Positions 55,988 through 64,000 of a DNA stretch of 64,000 bases are shown here, piece after piece. A program made the translations under genes and the position numbers. Under the pieces are notes generated by a model. That model made no database searches. It had not been told where the DNA came from and was given only the letters and a program-made list of their open reading frames with translations. The first letter of the stretch is position 1. Each line of letters starts with the position of its first letter. Origin of the DNA: Candidatus Eiseniibacteriota bacterium (lineage in GTDB: Bacteria > Eisenbacteria > RBG-16-71-46 > CAVPCR01); assembly GCA_963823555.1 (NCBI GenBank), contig CAWGMA010000001.1:1-64000 (forward strand), written 5' to 3'.

Positions 55988-57144
55988 GCGTGAGCGAGAG
56001 GGTGGTCGTGAGCGATTCGCCCAGGCCCGAGACGCCGAGGCGCCCCGGCGGCAAGCAGCGCCTCGATTACATCGACCAGTTCCGCGGCCTGGTCGGCGTG
56101 CTCATGCTGCTCGGTCACAGCTCGTACTACTTCAATGCGATCTGGCGTGGCCTCGATCCGCTGGACCCCGTGTTCGGGAGCATGCCCCAGTTCATCCTGC
56201 GCTATGTGGGCTATCTGTGCGCCCCCGGGTTTCTCATGATGAACGGGGCCATGGTCTGGTACTCGTACACCCGCCGCCGCGCAGGGGGGGAGAGCGAGTG
56301 GTCCACGAAGTGGCATCTGCTCCAGCGCGGGCTGTTCCTCGTGCTGGTGCAGATGACCTGGGTGAACTCCTCGTGGGGAGGGTTTGCGGGCTGGCACCTC
56401 TGGCACCTCGGTATCATCGCGGCCATCGGGCTCGCCATGTGCTTCCTGACCCTGATCGTCGACTGGAGCCTGAAGGTGCGTCTGGCCGTGGCGCTCGCTG
56501 TCTTCGCCATCCATCCGCTGCTGCTGCGGATCCCCTACGACACGAGCCATACCTGGGCCACGGTCTTGATGCAGACCTTCATCGACTCCGGCGAGTTCAA
56601 CAAGTACCCTGTCATCCCCTGGTTCGGGCTGGCGGTCATGGGATCGGTGATGGCCACCGGCTGGATCGAGATCTGGCGGACGACGCGGGCGCGGGTCACG
56701 GCGAGCCTCTTGATCGCTGTCGCGGCCCTCGGCCTCGCCACGCTGGTGCGTCTGGGCCGCGGCTACGGCACCTTGAACGATTTCCAGTCGCTCACGCACT
56801 TCTCGTTCCTGCTCGATCAGAAGTATCCGCCGAGCCTGTATCATCAGCTCTGGTTCTTCGGCGCGGTGTGCGGGTGGATGGCGGTGATCCAGTGGCTCGG
56901 TCATCAGGTGCCGCGCGCAACGGCATGGCTCGGCGTTGTCGGTCGCGTGCCGCTCTTCTACTACTGCGTGCACATCGGGATCCTGGGCATCTTCTCGAAG
57001 CGGCTCGGGATCTACTATCGTGAAGGCGGGGTGACCGAGACCTTGATCGGGTTCGGGATCATGCTGGTCGTGATGATGCCGCTGGCGCGCTGGTTCGGGG
57101 GGGTGAAGAGGAGGAGCAAGAACCCCATCATTCAGATGATCTAG
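55978..57144 (+). CDS. DUF1624 / HGSNAT-like membrane acyltransferase
   Basis: RLDYIDQFRGL..LMLLGH, LCAPGF, RGLFL, YPVIPW, KYPPSL, GRVPLFYY. Confidence 0.85.
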   Translation: MAVSVSERVVVSDSPRPETPRRPGGKQRLDYIDQFRGLVGVLMLLGHSSYYFNAIWRGLDPLDPVFGSMPQFILRYVGYLCAPGFLMMNGAMVWYSYTRRRAGGESEWSTKWHLLQRGLFLVLVQMTWVNSSWGGFAGWHLWHLGIIAAIGLAMCFLTLIVDWSLKVRLAVALAVFAIHPLLLRIPYDTSHTWATVLMQTFIDSGEFNKYPVIPWFGLAVMGSVMATGWIEIWRTTRARVTASLLIAVAALGLATLVRLGRGYGTLNDFQSLTHFSFLLDQKYPPSLYHQLWFFGAVCGWMAVIQWLGHQVPRATAWLGVVGRVPLFYYCVHIGILGIFSKRLGIYYREGGVTETLIGFGIMLVVMMPLARWFGGVKRRSKNPIIQMI

Positions 57145-57724
57145 CCTCGTGCTGGTCTTCACTGCTCGCCGCGGACCGATCGGCCCGGCGCGCCGCCTTC
57201 CTTGCGGCCTTCTCCATCTCGGCCTCCGCCTCGGTGCGCAGGCGGAAGTTCTTCTCGGCGATGAGTTCGCGGAAGAGATAGACGCGGAAGGTATAGTCAC
57301 CTGGGTCGCGACGGCTCGGCCGGATGGAGATCGAGCTTTTCAGCATGGTGTCTTCATCGCTCGGATCGAAGGCGATTTGCTTCTGATAGAAGACGTTGCC
57401 GTCAGCAGTGGACCAGACGAGATGGAACTTGAGCAAGCGCTGGCCGAGAGCGTAGGGGTTCTCGAGATCGACGAAGGCGTGGACCCTGGCGCCCTTGGCG
57501 AGCGTGAAGACCCGGCCGGTGCCGAGGCGCTTTCCGGTCTTCTTGCTCACGTCACGGCAGAGCGTGATCGAGGCCGTGATGCCATCCGGCTTCTTGGCCG
57601 GGTAGCTGAGGGTCGAGTCGGGCTCCACGACGGGCACCTCGGATCGGCTGGAGCAGCCCGATGCAAGTGCTAGAGTCAAGATGGCGAGATAGAGGGTGGC
57701 TGGCGCGCGCCGGGCGCTCCGCAT
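57128..57724 (-). CDS. Lipoprotein of unknown function (Ig-like), divergent from pgsB
   Basis: GGAGGAG RBS; lipobox LASGC; PGDYTFRVY..LIAEKNF. Confidence 0.7.
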   Translation of the reverse strand: MRSARRAPATLYLAILTLALASGCSSRSEVPVVEPDSTLSYPAKKPDGITASITLCRDVSKKTGKRLGTGRVFTLAKGARVHAFVDLENPYALGQRLLKFHLVWSTADGNVFYQKQIAFDPSDEDTMLKSSISIRPSRRDPGDYTFRVYLFRELIAEKNFRLRTEAEAEMEKAARKAARRADRSAASSEDQHEARSSE

Positions 57725-57812
57725 CGTGGTCTCCTCCCTGGTGCGCTCCCGGTCGGCCCCCGTTCGGGGTCGACGCGGATGCCATTCTAGCTCATCGCCG
57801 CGGAGTAGGGAT

Positions 57813-58991
57813 ATGTTCGTCGCCCTAGCGCTCATTGCCGTCGTCCTCCTCCTGTGGTCGGTGGAGGCCGTTCGCCTGCGGCGCGGGCTCAGGGCGGTTC
57901 CCATCCGTATCCACGTCAACGGCAGTCGCGGCAAGTCGTCGGTGACGCGGCTGATCGCCGCCGGGCTCCGCGAAGCTGGGCTGCGAGTCCTGGCCAAGAC
58001 CACCGGCAGCCGAGCCCGGCTCATCCTGCCCGACGGGAGCGAGGAACCGGTGGTGCGGCTCGGGACGCCCAATATCGGCGAGCAGGCCGGCATCATCCAG
58101 CGGGCTCGCCGGGAGAGCGCCCAGGTCCTGGTCATGGAATGCATGGCCGTCCGGCCCGACCTCCAGCGCATCAGCGAGAAATCGATCATGCACTCGACGA
58201 TCGGTGTCATCACCAACGCCCGTGCGGACCACCTCGACGTCATGGGACCCACGGTCGCTGATGCCGCCCATGCTCTGGCCTCGACCATGCCCCGACGCGG
58301 CCGTGTCGTGGTCGGGGAGACGCTTTGCATGGACGTGTTCGCCGATGAGGCCCGGCGGCGCGAGTCGGAGTTCATTGTTGCCAAGGCGGCGGACGTACCG
58401 GCCGATGTCATGGCCGGCTTCTCCCATGTCGAGCATGCGGAAAACGTGGCCACCGCGCTGGCCGTGACCCGGATCCTCGGCGTGGCGGACGAGGTAGCGA
58501 TCCGAGGCATGCATCACGTGGCCCCCGATCCGGGAGCCTGTACGCTGTCCCACCTCGAGCATCGCGGGCTCGCCATCGAGTTCGCCAATATCTTCGCGGC
58601 CAACGACCTCGAGTCGACGATTGCGGTGTGGAAGCGGCTCGGCTTCGACCAGCGGAGCCCGGAAACGACCGTCGCCCTCTTGAATCTGCGCGGCGATCGC
58701 CTGGCTCGGTCGCTGGAATTCGCCGCGGCGGTGGAGACCCACCTGCGTGCCGATTACTATCTCCTGGTGGGGGATTTTCCGGACCGCGTCCGGCGGCGTT
58801 TCGAGGAGCAAGTGCCGGCCGACCGTCTGATCCCGCTCGGACGAGCCCACCCTGGGGCGATCTTCGACCGCATTGCCGAGGTCGGGGGGCCCGGAGTGCG
58901 GGTCGGTGGGATCGGCAACATCGGCGGACTGGGTCACGACATCCTGTCCTTCGTCGCCGCCGGGAACGGCGGCGAGAGGGGGAGTTCATGA
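57813..58991 (+). CDS. pgsB: Poly-gamma-glutamate synthase PgsB/CapB
   Basis: IRIHVNGSRGKSSVTRLI, KTTG, PNIGEQ, ECMAVRP, TNARADHLDVMGPT, PDPGA, FAANDLES. Confidence 0.95.
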   Translation: MFVALALIAVVLLLWSVEAVRLRRGLRAVPIRIHVNGSRGKSSVTRLIAAGLREAGLRVLAKTTGSRARLILPDGSEEPVVRLGTPNIGEQAGIIQRARRESAQVLVMECMAVRPDLQRISEKSIMHSTIGVITNARADHLDVMGPTVADAAHALASTMPRRGRVVVGETLCMDVFADEARRRESEFIVAKAADVPADVMAGFSHVEHAENVATALAVTRILGVADEVAIRGMHHVAPDPGACTLSHLEHRGLAIEFANIFAANDLESTIAVWKRLGFDQRSPETTVALLNLRGDRLARSLEFAAAVETHLRADYYLLVGDFPDRVRRRFEEQVPADRLIPLGRAHPGAIFDRIAEVGGPGVRVGGIGNIGGLGHDILSFVAAGNGGERGSS

Positions 58992-59004
58992 GGAGAGGGC
59001 TCTC

Positions 59005-59469
59005 ATGCTGATCGCCGAGGCCATCGGGCTCGGGCTCGTCGTGAGCTTGCTGTTCACGGAGGCCGTGGGTTTCGCCGCTGGCGGGTTCGTGGTGCCCGGC
59101 TACATCGCGCTCTATCTCGACCGGCCGCTCATGTTGCTCGGCACCGTGGTGGCCGCCGGAGCCACCTATCTCACGGCGCGGCTGGCCGGACGCTATCTCA
59201 TCATCTACGGGCGGCGTAGTCTGGTGCTGGCCGTGCTCATCGGCTTCGTCTTCGGCGCACTCATCGAGCGACTGCCGCGCCTCGACTTCACCTTCGAGAG
59301 CGGAACGCTCGCGGCCATCGGGTACATCATTCCGGGCCTCATCGCCTACTGGATGATCCGGCAGGGCGTGGTGCGCACGCTGGCCTCGATGGTGGTCGCG
59401 GCGGTGCTCGTGCGCTTCGCCCTGATCCTCCTGCACGGGGGTGCTGTCCTTGAAACGCCTGTTCTCTAG
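59005..59469 (+). CDS. pgsC: Poly-gamma-glutamate biosynthesis protein PgsC/CapC
   Basis: GLVVSLLFTE.VG.AAGGFVVPGYIAL, IIYGRR, IGYIIPGLIA..RQG. Confidence 0.95.
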   Translation: MLIAEAIGLGLVVSLLFTEAVGFAAGGFVVPGYIALYLDRPLMLLGTVVAAGATYLTARLAGRYLIIYGRRSLVLAVLIGFVFGALIERLPRLDFTFESGTLAAIGYIIPGLIAYWMIRQGVVRTLASMVVAAVLVRFALILLHGGAVLETPVL

Positions 59470-61525
59470 CCACTTGCCGTGGGCGAAGCGGGCCGACCTG
59501 CTGCTCGTCCTGCTCGCCGTGCTGGGGCTCGTGCTCACCAACGTGAGCGAGGTCACGCAGCGACTCGAGGCCAAGCCCGATCTGGCGCGGAAGATGGCAG
59601 CAGCGACCAGCACCGTGCGCTGTTTCGAGGCCATCCGCCAGTACCGCCTGGGTGGTAACGCCAGCTTCGACCGCGAAAACGATCCCGAAGGAAGCGGTCT
59701 CATCGGTCAGGAGTTCACGCTCATCACCACCGATCGAGGCGTGCTCGAGGCGAAGCTGACATCAGTGAATCCGAACTTCGCCGCCTTGTTCGTCCGCTAC
59801 CTGCAGGAACTGGATCTCAAGCCCGGCGACCCGGTGGCCATCGCCATGACCGGATCCTTCCCGGCATTGAACATCGCGGCTCTGGTCGCAGCCGAAGAGC
59901 TTGGTCTGCGTCCGCTGCCCATCACCTCGGTGGGCGCGAGCATGTGGGGAGCCAACGATCCCTCCTTCACCTGGCTCGACATGGAGAGCCTCCTGATCGA
60001 GCGCGGGCTGATCCATACGCGCTCGATCGCCGCCTCGCTGGGCGGTTCCAACGACCGCGGTCGCGGCTTGAGCCCGATGGGACGCACGCTGCTCCACGAC
60101 GCGATCATGCGTAATGGGGTGGCGGTCATCTCCGAGCCGACCCTCGAGGAATCGGTCGAGCGGCGCGTGGCGGTGTTCGACAGCGCGGCGGGCACGGCCG
60201 GCGTCAAGGCCTACATCAACATCGGTGGTGGCTCGGCCTCGATCGGCAACCAGCTGAATGGGACTCTCATCCGGGCTGGAGTGAATCACCGGCTCAAGCG
60301 GTACAACTGGACGCGTCGCGGGGTATTGCACGAGTTTGCGCGGCGCGGAGTCCCGATCGTTCATGTCCTGGGCGTCGAGCAGATCGCCCATGCCAATGGC
60401 TTTCCGGTGGCTCCAGAGCTGGTGCCGGCGGTGGGTGAGGGCAAGATCTACCACGAGGAGGTCTATGATCTCCGCATCGTGGTGCCGGCCTTCCTCACCT
60501 TCCTCGTTCTGTGTCTGGGTGTTCTCTACACCCGCCATCACGCCGCACGACAGGCTGCGCTCGCCACCTTGCCGCCCGGGGTTCCAGTCGCCGGCGAGGC
60601 GGAGCCAGGGGAGCAGAAGACCGCCTCGGCGCGGGCCCGTGTTGCGCTCTCGATGCTCATCCTCTTCCTGGCGATGGCCCCGGGTGCCGATGCGGCATCG
60701 AGCCGCCTCAGAGCCACGAGCTCGGCCGGGAAGATCAGCATTCGCCTCGACGGCAAGCAGGCGAGCTACGATCTGGCCACCGCCGAGCGGCCGTTCGAGG
60801 TCAAGGTGACGGGCCCGGCCAAGATCCGGGTGGTCAGTCGGCTGATCCTGCCCCCTCCGCCGCGGGCGGCCAAGACCACGTACAAGCTGCGGATCGAAGC
60901 CGGCGAGGTCGTTCTGCGCACCCTGTCGGCCAAGGCCGGAGTGAGCCAGAGTGCGCGGACGGCGGACGGCAGGGCGGTGGGAACGCTTCAGCGCAAGGAG
61001 ATCCAGATTCCCGGCGGGTCGCACACCGTGCGCATCGTTCCCGCTGATGGCAGCAGTCAGGTGGCGATTCGTGTCTTCCTTGGATCCGGCAAGCCGAAGG
61101 TCAAATGGACTCCGTTCGCGCCCGAGAGCTACGTGAAAGCCGTGCGGCTCCAGGGCCAGGATTCGGAGGTGACCTACTATCGTTTCAGCCAGGATCAGCC
61201 CGTCGGCCTCACCATCGCCGGTCCGACCACGCTGCGGGTGATCACGCGCATCGACTTCGGTCAGGCGCGAGGCTACTCCCAGGCCTACGCCATCAAGGTG
61301 AACCTCGATTCGAAGCCGCTGAAGACGTTTTCCTTGAAGGCCACGGCCAGCCACACCGCGACCTACCCCGAACTTCCGCTGGTCACTCCGGGAGTCGGGC
61401 GCGATCTGAGTTTCGAGGTACCCAAGGGCCGGCATACGATCACGATCGAGCTGGATGCGGCAACGACCAAGACGGCTGCGCTCCGCATCCTGATTCCGCG
61501 CGATACGGTGACCAACCAACGCTGA
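59450..61525 (+). CDS. pgsW: Poly-gamma-glutamate system protein (PgsW-like) fused to a C-terminal periplasmic two-domain extension
   Basis: DPEGSGLIG.EFTLITTD.G.LEAKLTSVNPNFAA, TGSFPALN, SVGASMWGAN, SLGGSNDRG, YINIGGG; then TM, linker, signal-like segment and about 270 aa of beta-rich sequence; TTG start at 59450 (GTG 59441 possible). Confidence 0.85.
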   Translation: MKRLFSSHLPWAKRADLLLVLLAVLGLVLTNVSEVTQRLEAKPDLARKMAAATSTVRCFEAIRQYRLGGNASFDRENDPEGSGLIGQEFTLITTDRGVLEAKLTSVNPNFAALFVRYLQELDLKPGDPVAIAMTGSFPALNIAALVAAEELGLRPLPITSVGASMWGANDPSFTWLDMESLLIERGLIHTRSIAASLGGSNDRGRGLSPMGRTLLHDAIMRNGVAVISEPTLEESVERRVAVFDSAAGTAGVKAYINIGGGSASIGNQLNGTLIRAGVNHRLKRYNWTRRGVLHEFARRGVPIVHVLGVEQIAHANGFPVAPELVPAVGEGKIYHEEVYDLRIVVPAFLTFLVLCLGVLYTRHHAARQAALATLPPGVPVAGEAEPGEQKTASARARVALSMLILFLAMAPGADAASSRLRATSSAGKISIRLDGKQASYDLATAERPFEVKVTGPAKIRVVSRLILPPPPRAAKTTYKLRIEAGEVVLRTLSAKAGVSQSARTADGRAVGTLQRKEIQIPGGSHTVRIVPADGSSQVAIRVFLGSGKPKVKWTPFAPESYVKAVRLQGQDSEVTYYRFSQDQPVGLTIAGPTTLRVITRIDFGQARGYSQAYAIKVNLDSKPLKTFSLKATASHTATYPELPLVTPGVGRDLSFEVPKGRHTITIELDAATTKTAALRILIPRDTVTNQR

Positions 61526-61559
61526 CGGCGCTCCTCGGGCTCGCGCCGTCCGACCGGAG

Positions 61560-62120
61560 GTGCGATTGACCACAAGCAGCCGCTTCCTGAGAGCAACTGC
61601 GGCTCTCCTGACGGTGCTGATCGCCGGTTTCACCGCGCCGCTCGCTGCGGCCCCCGCTGGCGGCGACCCGGCACCGCCCTTCCGGTTGCCGGCTCTCACC
61701 AGCGGTCATGTCCTGGGCTCGGATTCACTCCTGGCGGCGGGGCGTCCCACCTGTCTCATCCTGTGGAACACGGCCTGTTCCGATTGCCTTGCCGATGTCC
61801 TGGCCGCCGCCGAGCGGCTGGCCGCGTGCGATTCGCTGGCCATCATCGGGATCGTGAGCGGAGAAGAGCGAGTGGGCGATGCACGCCGCTTCATGCGTGA
61901 CACCGACCTCCGCTTCCTGAACCTCTGGGATGCGACGGGCGCCGTCGGTCGTGCCTACGGCATCGGCGAGGAGAGTTTCAGCGCCTACCTCATCGCGGCC
62001 GACCGCCGTATCCTCCTCGGTCAGGTCGGTCATCCTCCCGACCGCGCTGAGTTCTTCTCTCGGATGTGCGCTCTGGCCCATGAGCCAGACGGGGGAGGGA
62101 GTGATGAGCTCGAGCCATGA
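61560..62120 (+). CDS. TlpA/redoxin-like thioredoxin-fold protein
   Basis: Signal peptide; GDPAPPFRL; WNTACSDC; LWDATGAVGRAYGI. Confidence 0.8.
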   Translation: MRLTTSSRFLRATAALLTVLIAGFTAPLAAAPAGGDPAPPFRLPALTSGHVLGSDSLLAAGRPTCLILWNTACSDCLADVLAAAERLAACDSLAIIGIVSGEERVGDARRFMRDTDLRFLNLWDATGAVGRAYGIGEESFSAYLIAADRRILLGQVGHPPDRAEFFSRMCALAHEPDGGGSDELEP

Positions 62121-63615
62121 CGCCGATGGACCTCGACGTCCCTGCCTTCCCGGAGCCGGGATCCTTGCGACGATCCTGCTTGCCGGAAGCCTCATGCCTG
62201 ATGTCGGGCACGGTGCCAGCCTGCTCGAAGGCCGGGTCGAGCTCACGGGTGATGTCCGTCTGCGCTGGCTACAATCGGACGTGGATGGCGGTGTCATCAC
62301 GGGGCTCTACGGGGAGCCTCTTCGCCAGCAAACCTCCTTCCTTCACCGCTTCACCCTCGCGGTGGAAGGTCGACTCACCGACCGGCTGATGGCGGGTGGC
62401 CTCATTAGGATCAGCAACGAGCCCGATCGCGTGCTGGCCCTCGGTCCCGATTACTTCTCATCTTCCTTCGGCAGCGCGTTCATCGCCGCGCAATGGCCGG
62501 CCTTCGAGGCCCGAGGCGGCTACTATCCGGTGCATACGACCCCGCTTGGATTGATGCGCTGGGACCGGGAGGACCTGGGCCTCGGTGGATCGCAACGGGG
62601 CTGCAGCGTGTGCGGAGGCGCTTCGGCCGGCGTGCTCCTCGAGAGCCTCGAGGAAATCGACGACGATCTGACCTTCGAGGGCGCGCGGGTGGGGGGAACC
62701 GTCGATCGCTTCGATCTCGACTGGATGGTCCTCTACGCCCGGCCCCAGGCGGCTACGCTCGACGAGGTGCCAGGGATCGGCGTCTTCGACGAGGAGACGT
62801 TCCGCTATCACCAGGACCTCATCACGGGTCGCCTGATCTTCTCCCGTCTTCATGCGCCCACGCTCGGTTTCCGTCGCTTGGGGCTCGCTGTCTATCACGT
62901 TCGCGATGATCCGGCGAATCCGCCCTGCCCGACCCTGCCCGAGAGCCCGACCTGTTTCGCTCACGAGCAGTCCGCCTTCGGTGTCGACATTCGCCTGCCC
63001 CTCGGCCGGCGCCTGCTCGCCGAAGGCGAGTGGTTGCGCACCGCCGCACGCGAGGATGCACGCGGCGATTCGCTCCCGGTAGCCTGGGAGAACGGCTTCC
63101 GCTTGACCGGGGAGCTCGTGATCCTGCCCGAGCGGCTCCGTCTCAACTCGGCCTATCTCTGGCTTGGCGAGCGTTTCGACTCCCCATACAGCGCGCTCAC
63201 CTATCGTCCCAACCGGACCGGTCAGCGTCACCGCCTGACCGCGACGCTGACGGCGGTCGATCTCGAAGCGTTCGTACGCCTCACGCGTCCCGTGGCTCCG
63301 GAATGGGTGGTGGCCAACCGCGCTCGCCTCCATAGCGAACGGCTGTTGAGCGGCCAAGGATCCTTCATCTGGCGCGAGCGCTGGCGCGCCATCGCCGGGA
63401 TCCAGGTGGAGAGACGTGAACTCGATGTTCTCGCCGGATGGGAGGGCGATTACCGGGATGGTGACCGACGCATCGTGCTGGCCGAGATCCACTACATGAT
63501 GGATGTCCTGGACCTCTACTTCAGCCAGCAGTGGATCCACGAGGAAGAGCCGCGCGCAGCGGCCGACACGAGCACGGCCACAGTCGTTGCGCTCGGAGCC
63601 CGCGCCCGATTCTGA
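62104..63615 (+). CDS. Putative outer-membrane beta-barrel protein with a CxxC loop
   Basis: Signal peptide; VELTGDVRLRW; amphipathic strands; GCSVCGG; terminal LGARARF. Confidence 0.65.
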   Translation: MSSSHDADGPRRPCLPGAGILATILLAGSLMPDVGHGASLLEGRVELTGDVRLRWLQSDVDGGVITGLYGEPLRQQTSFLHRFTLAVEGRLTDRLMAGGLIRISNEPDRVLALGPDYFSSSFGSAFIAAQWPAFEARGGYYPVHTTPLGLMRWDREDLGLGGSQRGCSVCGGASAGVLLESLEEIDDDLTFEGARVGGTVDRFDLDWMVLYARPQAATLDEVPGIGVFDEETFRYHQDLITGRLIFSRLHAPTLGFRRLGLAVYHVRDDPANPPCPTLPESPTCFAHEQSAFGVDIRLPLGRRLLAEGEWLRTAAREDARGDSLPVAWENGFRLTGELVILPERLRLNSAYLWLGERFDSPYSALTYRPNRTGQRHRLTATLTAVDLEAFVRLTRPVAPEWVVANRARLHSERLLSGQGSFIWRERWRAIAGIQVERRELDVLAGWEGDYRDGDRRIVLAEIHYMMDVLDLYFSQQWIHEEEPRAAADTSTATVVALGARARF

Positions 63616-63651
63616 GCGCGGATCGACACCGCTGCGGCCTCGGTCCGGGAC

Positions 63652-63674
63652 GCGCCCGATTCGCGGTCGGGCGC
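63652..63674. terminator. Short hairpin between convergent genes
   Basis: GCGCCCGAT-TCGCG-GTCGGGCGC; no U-tract. Confidence 0.3.
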
Positions 63675-64000
63675 TAGCGGAAGCGCTCCTTGACGGCACC
63701 CCAGGTGGTCGGTTCCACCGGGGCCGGGGTCTCCTGATAGGCGCCGATATGGGTTCCCGGCGGATCGCCGGCGGTGAGGCATGGACTACCGGGAGCGAGA
63801 TGAAAGTCGCAGGTCTCGGACGTGGTTCGTGGGTCGACGAAGCGCGGATCGGCGATCATGCAGTGATGCTCCGGGAGCGGCTCGTATTCCAGGGGTGGGG
63901 TGGAGCAACCGCACCACAGCGCATAGTGGCCCCCCTCACCCGGCGGCAGTCCCAAGCCGTTCTGGAATGCGGCGCCGTGATGCATGAGCGGTGTGTAGAC
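63674..64000 (-). CDS. 3' end of a secreted (probably beta-helix) protein with a TWGxxKxxFR tail (partial)
   Basis: ADPRFVD..DFHLAPGSPCL..HIGAY, then APVEPTTWGAVKERFR-stop. Confidence 0.8.
   Translation of the reverse strand, partial: VYTPLMHHGAAFQNGLGLPPGEGGHYALWCGCSTPPLEYEPLPEHHCMIADPRFVDPRTTSETCDFHLAPGSPCLTAGDPPGTHIGAYQETPAPVEPTTWGAVKERFR

Noticed and set aside
5927..61699. Long opposite-strand or alternate-frame ORFs (e.g. 5927-8035+, 11243-13525+, 27884-29731-, 36289-38484+, 59762-61699-)
   Set aside because: They are shadow ORFs of well-supported genes in high-GC DNA and have no recognisable motifs.

Overview
This is a GC-rich bacterial window. Its gene content points to a diderm FCB-group candidate phylum such as Ca. 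Eisenbacteria or Krumholzibacteriota (inference from many FlgD-Ig-capped secreted proteins, gingipain-like C25 proteins and a TWGxxKxxYR tail motif). From left to right it contains: a minus-strand heme operon (hemX/ccsA-hemA-hemC-[secreted FlgD-Ig protein]-hemD-hemB-hemL-hemE-hemN), whose first ~4.8 kb is full of frameshifts that look like assembly errors; a Fur/PerR-led operon encoding a MauG-type di-heme protein, a Tat-exported metallophosphoesterase and a small SoxA/TsdA-like cytochrome; an ECF sigma/anti-sigma/TPR module; several secreted proteins, one with four near-identical 450-bp Cys-rich repeats; an S10 carboxypeptidase, MATE, GT-C/TPR glycosyltransferase, putative Na+/H+ antiporter, pfkA and a GAF protein; pbpC plus alpha-2-macroglobulin; two C25 proteins lacking the canonical catalytic His; and an envelope cluster around poly-gamma-glutamate genes (pgsB-pgsC-extended pgsW) with two outer-membrane barrels. 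The best candidates for undescribed systems are (1) the di-heme/phosphoesterase/cytochrome operon, a possible MbnH-MbnP-like Trp-modification system, (2) a diderm poly-gamma-glutamate locus with no capA/capD in the window, flanked by YRGW-type C25 proteins and a polylysine-tailed barrel, and (3) the recurrent TWGxxKxx[YF]R tail as a possible sorting signal. I found no rRNA, tRNA, CRISPR array or mobile element. All family calls come from motif recognition by eye; no searches were run.
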